Part shown: one piece after another, positions 56,898 to 64,000 of the stretch
How the letters are laid out: each line of letters opens with the position of its first letter
Position numbering within the stretch: position 1 is the stretch's first letter
Assembly: GCA_021791545.1 (NCBI GenBank)
Contig: JAJYWL010000007.1
Span: forward strand, 3,972 to 67,971
Direction of reading: 5' to 3'
From: a bacterium
Lineage (GTDB): Bacteria; Patescibacteriota; Microgenomatia; Levybacterales; UBA12049
DNA length: 64,000 bases
The notes under the pieces: generated by a model
Seen by the model: only the letters and a program-made list of their open reading frames with translations
Told to the model about the DNA's origin: nothing
Databases searched by the model: none
Program-made: the position numbers and the translations under genes

Positions 56898-59060
56898 ATG
56901 CAAGAAGAACTTATTTCTATCCAGAAGGCAGCAGATTACTTGGGAGTTTCTACGAAAACCCTTCGAAGATGGGAACAACGCGGCATCTTGGTACCCCAAA
57001 GAACCTCTGGAAACCAAAGAAGATATACTTTTACGGAACTAGAGAATTTTAAAAACGGTCAAGAAGAAAGAAAACATGAAGAAAGAACAGAAGAAGCTTC
57101 CGATGTAATTAATTCTCTTCAGCCTCTGGATACCATTTCTTATATAAAACTTGAAATGAGTAAATTTCCTTTGAGCAAAAAACTTCTTCTTACCTTAGCA
57201 CCTGTAATAATATTATTTTTGGCTTCCGGTATAGTCGTGAAAGACTTAGTATTTAAAGGAATAGGGACCGGAGGGGAAAAGAGCGTAGTAGCACAGAAGC
57301 AGGGTAATGGAAATGCGGTTTTAGGAGCAGAGACGGAATCTAATAACTATATCTTTAAAGTAAACGTTCCTAGCACTTTTGGTGAATCAGCAAGCTTCTT
57401 AAAAGGAATAACGGTTAACGGACAGACTATCTTTGCCGGTGGAATAGATACCAACAATAGGGATGTAAATGCGGGTTCGGGTAAATTGACGGCATCTAAT
57501 GTTATCTATAGTCTTCAAGCTGGTTCCGGACTTTCAGTTACTAACGGACAGACTCCTACAATAGCTAACACAGGAGTGCTTTCCCTTGGTGGTTCTACAG
57601 GAGCGATAGATCTCGGCGCCGGAACAGGAATATCTATAGACGGATTAAAGATTACAAATACGGACACAGGATCTTCTCAATATATATTTAAAAATATTGT
57701 TTCGGGAGGACAGAAAATCACAGCAGATTCGAACTCAGATACTTTAAACTTCACAGCCGGAACAGGTGTTACTCTTTCAACAGATGCATTGACAAAAACT
57801 ATAACTATAGCCTCAAATCAAGGACAACAAACAGGAGTAACTTCTTTGCAGGGTCAGACAGGAGCTTTGACATTAGCTGCTGGAACAGGCCTTTCTTTGG
57901 CAGGTCTTACTTTCTCCAACTCCGGAGTGACCTCTGTAAATACTCTTACAGGAGATCTTAATATTGCAGCAGGATCAAACGTCAGCGTTACAAAAGATGC
58001 TAATACAAATACTGTCACAATATCTTCAACTATATCAAATAATACTATTTCAAATGTCTCTGGTTGGACTCAAAGCGGCAATTATGTAACATTAGCAAAT
58101 TCGGGAAACTACGTAGGCATAGGAACAGCAACTCCGGCAAGTGCTTTACAGGTAGGGGGAGATATTCTTCCTACCCAAAACGGTGTTTCTAATTTAGGTT
58201 CGTCAAATCTTAGTTGGAACAATATATACGCTAATCAAATAGTTGGAACAGGTGCACAGCTTAATCTAACAATTCCTGCAACAAGTTCGGCGACCGGTCT
58301 TTCGGTCTCTATGAGCGGCACGGGGAGCGGACAGCTTGCATCCTTCAGCTTTAATGGAACCCAGGTTTTAGGCGTAGGTACAAACGACGTATATATAGGA
58401 GGAAAGGTAAGTATGATAACAGATGATACAAACCTTTCGAATGCAAAAGATGTTTTTGTTTATGACACTTCAAAAGATTCTGATGCAGGACAATGGGTAA
58501 ATGGTGATACATCTCAATCTTCTTCCTGGTATAACGAACAGTTGGATCATACAGGTCTTGCTTGCCAGATAGGAACGGATAAAAGGTGCGGACAAAGGCC
58601 CTTCCCTCAAAAAGTAACAATATATGTAACCTCGAATTCAGTTTATATCTATGACAATAAAGACAATACGATGTGGATGAAGTTCTCGGAGGGTCAGAAT
58701 TTCGCAATAAACGGAACAAGCGTTAATCTTACTTCAGTTTACGCATTAAATGGAATAATTTTCCTCGGAACAGATACGAACGGATTAATAGAAATAAACT
58801 TCTTAACGGATAAGATTTTTGAATTTAACTATAACCAGGGAAATGGTGGAAGAAGTCAGTTCCTGGGAACAATTTCCGAAAGAAATTCTGCTAAATTCTA
58901 CGGCTCTGTCGAATCTTGGGGAAGGATTGCTTCAGATAAGGTTAATGGAGTATTTGCAAGAGTAATTAACGGAAAAGTGTATGTTGCTGTTTCGACTTTG
59001 GGAGGAGCATCGGTAATAAATCTTTCAGACCAAAAAGTAGTTAAGTACGTCGATAATTAA
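56898..59060 (+). CDS. MerR-type HTH, TM helix, fibre-shaft repeats and propeller-like extracellular region
   Basis: ISIQKAADYLGVSTKTLRRWE..G.L.P.RTSGNQRRY; TM LLLTLAPVIILFLASGIVV; GV(T/L)S(L/V)..TG.L.L.AG repeats; YVGIGTATP; DVFVYDTSKDSDAGQW region. Confidence 0.85.
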   Translation: MQEELISIQKAADYLGVSTKTLRRWEQRGILVPQRTSGNQRRYTFTELENFKNGQEERKHEERTEEASDVINSLQPLDTISYIKLEMSKFPLSKKLLLTLAPVIILFLASGIVVKDLVFKGIGTGGEKSVVAQKQGNGNAVLGAETESNNYIFKVNVPSTFGESASFLKGITVNGQTIFAGGIDTNNRDVNAGSGKLTASNVIYSLQAGSGLSVTNGQTPTIANTGVLSLGGSTGAIDLGAGTGISIDGLKITNTDTGSSQYIFKNIVSGGQKITADSNSDTLNFTAGTGVTLSTDALTKTITIASNQGQQTGVTSLQGQTGALTLAAGTGLSLAGLTFSNSGVTSVNTLTGDLNIAAGSNVSVTKDANTNTVTISSTISNNTISNVSGWTQSGNYVTLANSGNYVGIGTATPASALQVGGDILPTQNGVSNLGSSNLSWNNIYANQIVGTGAQLNLTIPATSSATGLSVSMSGTGSGQLASFSFNGTQVLGVGTNDVYIGGKVSMITDDTNLSNAKDVFVYDTSKDSDAGQWVNGDTSQSSSWYNEQLDHTGLACQIGTDKRCGQRPFPQKVTIYVTSNSVYIYDNKDNTMWMKFSEGQNFAINGTSVNLTSVYALNGIIFLGTDTNGLIEINFLTDKIFEFNYNQGNGGRSQFLGTISERNSAKFYGSVESWGRIASDKVNGVFARVINGKVYVAVSTLGGASVINLSDQKVVKYVDN

Positions 59061-59061
59061 T

Positions 59062-62000
59062 ATGACAAAAAAAGATTTTAAAAAATTTAATTTTAAAGAC
59101 CAAAAATTCTTATTCTTTGGGTTGATTGTTTTATTGGCATTTGTTACTTTTCTTGTTTCGCATAAAAATAATCAGAAAAAAGAAATGTCGGCTCTCGAAA
59201 GCTTCGTTTCAAAGCAAAAATTACCTCAAAAAGATGGGTCAGTAAAGTATTCAATCCAGAAAGAAAAGGGTTATACCTTAAAAACAGCGGAAAAGGGAAA
59301 TGTAGATTCTCCTGTAACTTTTGAGGCAAAGGGTGGATCTGTCTCTTTTACAAGTATTCCCAATCAGACCTTGGGAGGATTAAATACCTCGGTGGTAGAA
59401 GCAAAAGACGGTAAAACGGTTTATAACAATATATATAATGGTATAAACCTTATTTATACCCCTTCTTCAAACGGAATTTTGGAAGAATATGAAGTAAGAG
59501 TCAAAAGGCCTCTCGAAAATATAGTTCAAAAGATAAATGTTTCGGGTCTAACTTATAAACAGCAAAAAGACGGCTCAATACTTTTCTATAACAAAAATAA
59601 TCAGTTTGCATTTGCAATACCAAAACCGGTCATGTACGAAGAGTACAACACGAAAAACAGGAGCTATGGTCTTCATTATGAAATCTTCACTTATGGAGGA
59701 AATACATATCTTGCAAAAGTAATTGATCAGGAAGGGCAACAGTGGCTTTCCAAGACAAACTATCCGGTAATGATAGACGCTACAATTCTTCTTACCCTTT
59801 TTAGTTATCAATCTTACCCGACAACTTCAGTAAACTGGCAGATTTCAATAGATACGGTAGGGTCAGGAGATCTCAAAATTCAACCAACAGATGGCACAAC
59901 TTGGAATGATTTGAGCTTAACTTCAATTACTTGTGGAACCGAAAAAGTTTCATATTCAAATTCAAATGGTGTCATAACAATCCCTAATTACTCTTGTGAT
60001 CAGAATACATTGATTACTACCAAGTTAAAAGATCCGTCAAAGCAATCTTCTCTTTCCTTTAATTGGAGCGGATACGAAACGGTTGTTCAAAACCAGGTAT
60101 ATACGGGAAAACCTGAAATAATTTCTTCGTCTCTAAATCCCGCAGTAGTGAAAGTAGGAGACACGATTACCGTAAAAACAGAAGTAGCTGATTTAAATGG
60201 TGTAAAAAGTGTAAAAGCTGACATGGGTGGTATACAAACAATAGACCTTAGTATGACTTCGGGAACGGCACAGGATGGAGTATGGCAAGGGCAATGGAAA
60301 GTAGAGGGAACAAAGATGCTTCCTTACGAGACAAAAATAACTGCATCAAATGCTTCGGAAAGTACGACATCTTCAATAGGGTTTTTTGATCCTTACACTT
60401 GTCTAGGTGGAGGAGATCATGCAGGTGCAGCTTGGGATCCTGCTACAGATTGTCCTTCCGGGTTTGCGGGAAATCATACAAATATAGGAACAATGTCGAT
60501 AGGAACAGGTGAGACGGCAACAGTTCAGGCTTTTGATCAGGTGTCAAATTATGGAATAGCAACAATATCTGCTTCAACAGTTACTATAACAGGAACTTTA
60601 ACAGCATATGGAAAAGGTTGGCGTGGTGGTACTGCGGGTGGGGGTTCAGGTTTGGGACCAGGATTTGGAGCTGGTTCTACGGGTCATGGTGGAGGAGCAG
60701 GTTACGGAGGAGTAGGAGGAACAGGTAATGGAGCAGGGGGACCTTCTTATGGTTCGTTATCGGCACCAGGCGATTTGGGAAGTGGTGGTGGAGGAGGAGG
60801 ATCTGCAGCCGGAGGAGCAGGGGGAGGATCAATTAGGGTTGTTGCTACTGGAACTCTTACCGTAAATGGAACTATTTCTGCAAACGGAGTAAACGGTGGT
60901 AATGCAAATGGTAATAACGGTGGTGGAGGTTCGGGAGGAAGTATATATCTTACTGCCGGGACTTTAGCTGGAAGCGGTACTGTTACAGCTATTGGAGGAA
61001 ACGGTGTAAACGCTTGGGGAACAAGCGGTAACGCAGGAGGAGGAAGAATAGCAATGTATTACACTAGTGCTAATAATTTTACCGGAACTACACCTGTTAA
61101 TGTAGGAACAGGTGGTCTGGGAGGAGCAAATGGAACTGCTTTTATTGAAAATCCCAACACTAATGATCTTTTAATAGTTTCTAATAATGGAATTTGGGTT
61201 GGAAGCGATTTATCTTCTTGGAATTTTTCAAATCTTACTATTAATGCAAATGTCGCTTTTCAGCCTTCTAATGCTCAACTTTTAACAATTAATGTTTCCG
61301 GAACAACTACTATTGGTTCAGGAGTGACTGTTTCTGCTATGAGTTCTTATACTACCAATTCGAATGGAGTTGGAGTCTATTTTAATTTAAGCGGTAACGT
61401 TACAATACCGGCAACTTCTACTATAACTGCATCTGGTTTGGGTTATGCGGCCGGAGTAGTCGGAGGAACTTCTGGAGCTGGTCCCGGAGCAGGTGGTGGT
61501 TCTGCGGGTGCTGCGGCTGGAGCAGGTTATGGATCAGCGGGAGGAAATGGAAGTGGAGCAGGAGCTACAGGTGGTTCTTTTTATGGTTCGTTGACGGCAC
61601 CTGTTGATTTGGGAAGTGGTGGAGGTGGAGGAGGATCTGCAAACGGAGGTGCAGGTGGAGGAGCAATAAGGATAACTACTCCGGGAACTCTTACTATAAA
61701 TGGAACGATTACATCAAATGGAAATAACGGTGGAGATGCAAATGGAAATAACGGTGGTGGAGGAGCCGGTGGAAGTATTTATCTTACGGCGGGTACTTTA
61801 GCCGGAAACGGTTCTGTTACAGCAAATGGAGGAAATGCGGCAACTAACTGGGGAACTGGCGGTAACGGAGCAGGGGGAAGAATAGCTATATATTATACGA
61901 CTACTAATAGTTATACAGGTTCGACTGCGGTTAATGTGGGAACTGGGGGAGCGGGAGGAGCAAATGGAACTGCTTTTATAAAAGGTTCGAGCGCTGGAGA

Positions 62001-64000
62001 CTTGCTTATTCCTGCAAATAACGGAATTTGGTACGGGAGTGATCTTTCGAATTGGAATTTTCACAATATTACCATTAATGCAAACATTACGTTTAAACCT
62101 AGTGGTGCCAATCTTCTTACAATTAATTCAACCGGGTCGGCAACAATAGCTTCAGGAATTACTATTACAACGGCAGGTTCATATACAAATAATACAAACG
62201 GAGTTGGTGTTTTCTTCAATCTTACGGGAAATGTAACATTGCCTGCTACAAGTACGATAAATGCAGCTTCTCAAGGTTACGCAGCTGGTGCTGCCGGTGG
62301 ATCTTCGGGTTCCGGTCCGGGGGCGGGTATTGGTTATCCAGGCGGTCACGGTGGAGGAGCAGGCTATGGAGGGGCAGGTGGAAATGGTACAGGTGCCGGA
62401 GGAGCCGCTTATGGTTCATTAACTCTTCCAGGAGATTTGGGAAGTGGTGGAGGCGGAGGAGGATCTATAGCCGGAGGAGCCGGAGGAGGAGCAGTAAAGA
62501 TAGTAACTACGGGAACTCTTACTATAAACGGAACGATTACGGCAAACGGAGGAAATGGTGGAAATGCAAATGGTAATAACGGAGGAGGAGGATCTGGAGG
62601 AAGTATATGGTTAACAGCTGGTACTTTGGCAGGAAATGGAACTCTTACGGCAAACGGAGGAAATGGAGTAAATGCCTGGGGGGCAAGCGGTAATGGAGGA
62701 GGAGGAAGAATAGCTATGTACTACATAACAGCTAATAATTTTTCAGGAACAACGACTGCTAATGTAGGAACAGGCGGAAACGGTGGTGCAAATGGTACGA
62801 TTAACAGATCTTCAGATAACATTCCTGCAATAACAAATCTTTCCCAGTATCAAACAGATTGTATTAATTCTTTGGCTGTTGGAGGGACTTTGCAGGGTGA
62901 TAATTCGGGATCGACAGGTTGTTTTAAAGCTAGCCTAAGTACATCAAATATCTCGGACAACTTATACCTTCAGATAGAAGCGCAGCAAATCGGAGGTACA
63001 TTTAGCAATATTTATTCGACTCAAAGCGCGGGATTTGCCTTCTCGGGGTCGCCTCTTACGGCCAATGTCTCGCAAGTAGGTTTCACCCTGGGAGTAGCTT
63101 ATCATTGGCAAGCAAGAGTAGTAGATCAATATGGTTATCCTTCGGCATGGACATCTTTTGGAGGAAATTCCGAGTCGGTTGCGGATTTTGTATCAAATGT
63201 TCCTGCCCCTGCAAATATAACAGCTACATATAATTCCGACAGTCAAATTACAATTACCTGGACTAATACGGCATTAAATGTTGTTCATTTTGAGATACAA
63301 AGAAGTACGAATGGTGGTGCATATACGACAATAGGAACCACAACGGATGGTAATACTTTATCTTTTACCGATAATCCTACTAATAACCCAGGAGCTCCTC
63401 CTTCAGCAAATCATAAATATTCTTATCAGGTAAGATCTAATTTCTCCGGTTATTCTTCTGATTTTGGTACGCCTTCATCTTTGGTATATACAACTCCCGC
63501 AGCTCCTTCAGCAGTTTCTATATCTCAAACAGCAGTAGGTTCTATAACCGTTTCTTGGACAAATAATGCGAATTATCAGACAGCATTTCAGGTTCAAAGA
63601 TCGATAGGAGGAGGATCTTATCAGACAATAACATCCACAGTATCTCCTTCAGCAACTTCATTTGTTGATTCAAATGCTCAACAGGGAACAAGCTATGATT
63701 ACAAGGTTGCAGCATTAAGAACAACCCCAAATGCGCTTACCTCAGCATTTGTACAAGCAGCTTCGCCGGTAACTATATCTAAGGGCTTTGGAAGGGGTAT
63801 TTATCTTACTCAGAACGGTTCACTTGTTATTCAAAATGATGTAAAAAACAGTGTAGATATATTTACAAATATTCAGAATGATACCCAGGATAAAGTAGGA
63901 CAACAGTTTGCATATGACCAGACAAATCCTTCTTCCGGGCCTAACCTTCCCACGGGAAGTACTCTAAACGGATTAACTGTTAAAGAAGGTGTATCTACAG
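59062..64000 (+). CDS. Giant membrane-anchored surface protein with Gly-rich repeats and fibronectin-III-like domains (3'-partial)
   Basis: Manual translation from ATG 59062 (1 nt after the previous stop): MTKKDFKKFNFKDQKFLFFGLIVLLAFVTFLV; WL...YPVMIDAT domain; three Gly-rich units; two FN3-like units (ITITWTN...FEIQRS...Y.YQV) at ~63205-63780. Open to the window end. Confidence 0.88.
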   Translation, partial: MTKKDFKKFNFKDQKFLFFGLIVLLAFVTFLVSHKNNQKKEMSALESFVSKQKLPQKDGSVKYSIQKEKGYTLKTAEKGNVDSPVTFEAKGGSVSFTSIPNQTLGGLNTSVVEAKDGKTVYNNIYNGINLIYTPSSNGILEEYEVRVKRPLENIVQKINVSGLTYKQQKDGSILFYNKNNQFAFAIPKPVMYEEYNTKNRSYGLHYEIFTYGGNTYLAKVIDQEGQQWLSKTNYPVMIDATILLTLFSYQSYPTTSVNWQISIDTVGSGDLKIQPTDGTTWNDLSLTSITCGTEKVSYSNSNGVITIPNYSCDQNTLITTKLKDPSKQSSLSFNWSGYETVVQNQVYTGKPEIISSSLNPAVVKVGDTITVKTEVADLNGVKSVKADMGGIQTIDLSMTSGTAQDGVWQGQWKVEGTKMLPYETKITASNASESTTSSIGFFDPYTCLGGGDHAGAAWDPATDCPSGFAGNHTNIGTMSIGTGETATVQAFDQVSNYGIATISASTVTITGTLTAYGKGWRGGTAGGGSGLGPGFGAGSTGHGGGAGYGGVGGTGNGAGGPSYGSLSAPGDLGSGGGGGGSAAGGAGGGSIRVVATGTLTVNGTISANGVNGGNANGNNGGGGSGGSIYLTAGTLAGSGTVTAIGGNGVNAWGTSGNAGGGRIAMYYTSANNFTGTTPVNVGTGGLGGANGTAFIENPNTNDLLIVSNNGIWVGSDLSSWNFSNLTINANVAFQPSNAQLLTINVSGTTTIGSGVTVSAMSSYTTNSNGVGVYFNLSGNVTIPATSTITASGLGYAAGVVGGTSGAGPGAGGGSAGAAAGAGYGSAGGNGSGAGATGGSFYGSLTAPVDLGSGGGGGGSANGGAGGGAIRITTPGTLTINGTITSNGNNGGDANGNNGGGGAGGSIYLTAGTLAGNGSVTANGGNAATNWGTGGNGAGGRIAIYYTTTNSYTGSTAVNVGTGGAGGANGTAFIKGSSAGDLLIPANNGIWYGSDLSNWNFHNITINANITFKPSGANLLTINSTGSATIASGITITTAGSYTNNTNGVGVFFNLTGNVTLPATSTINAASQGYAAGAAGGSSGSGPGAGIGYPGGHGGGAGYGGAGGNGTGAGGAAYGSLTLPGDLGSGGGGGGSIAGGAGGGAVKIVTTGTLTINGTITANGGNGGNANGNNGGGGSGGSIWLTAGTLAGNGTLTANGGNGVNAWGASGNGGGGRIAMYYITANNFSGTTTANVGTGGNGGANGTINRSSDNIPAITNLSQYQTDCINSLAVGGTLQGDNSGSTGCFKASLSTSNISDNLYLQIEAQQIGGTFSNIYSTQSAGFAFSGSPLTANVSQVGFTLGVAYHWQARVVDQYGYPSAWTSFGGNSESVADFVSNVPAPANITATYNSDSQITITWTNTALNVVHFEIQRSTNGGAYTTIGTTTDGNTLSFTDNPTNNPGAPPSANHKYSYQVRSNFSGYSSDFGTPSSLVYTTPAAPSAVSISQTAVGSITVSWTNNANYQTAFQVQRSIGGGSYQTITSTVSPSATSFVDSNAQQGTSYDYKVAALRTTPNALTSAFVQAASPVTISKGFGRGIYLTQNGSLVIQNDVKNSVDIFTNIQNDTQDKVGQQFAYDQTNPSSGPNLPTGSTLNGLTVKEGVST
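60400..62810 (+). repeat. Three tandem ~277-aa glycine-rich repeats
   Basis: gatttgggaagtggtgg recurs at 60772, 61606 and 62434 (periods 834 and 828 nt), encoding DLGSGGGGGG...GGAGGG(S/A)(I/V).I...GTLT.NGTI..NG...GGGG.GGSI.LTAGTLAG. Confidence 0.9.

Noticed and set aside
60400-62810. CRISPR array or non-coding tandem repeat
   Set aside because: The period is ~830 nt and in-frame coding, with no short repeat-spacer pattern. No cas genes are in the window.

Overview
This is AT-rich bacterial chromosomal DNA using the standard code 11. Gene content suggests Patescibacteria/CPR, probably the Microgenomates group, but this is an inference. The supporting features are split comEC, a sortase, DsbA+VKOR, PEGA/DUF11 surface proteins, giant GNVGIG-repeat fibre proteins and tRNAs without encoded CCA. 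Housekeeping genes are rho, leuS, argS, ndk, mreB, comEA/comEC, an M16 peptidase, an M23 peptidase, a galT-like gene, a WecB/TagA glycosyltransferase and four tRNAs. The most striking locus is 50.8-56.7 kb: an F1-ATPase operon in canonical E-F-H-A-G-D-C order with no subunit a (atpB). Its first gene is a signal peptide plus an extracellular domain fused to a subunit-c-like hairpin, and the ion-binding Asp/Glu is replaced by Gly. The same extracellular domain is found in a 3934-aa membrane-anchored fibre protein (8-19.8 kb), whose cytoplasmic end carries two integrase-type DNA-binding domains but no catalytic domain. The operon is divergently transcribed from a MerR-HTH/TM/fibre gene and a giant Gly-rich surface protein. 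Together these suggest an ion-uncoupled, ATP-driven rotary or assembly machine linked to surface fibres (hypothesis). Other notable items: two divergent tRNA pairs each enclosing an HTH/LAGLIDADG-like gene; an AT-rich thymidylate-synthase-like/CYTH/NMP-kinase operon with a perfect palindrome and an NDT-RHH regulator; a WxL/DUF916-like surface cluster; and frequent leaderless promoters. All family assignments come from motif recognition by eye; no searches were run.
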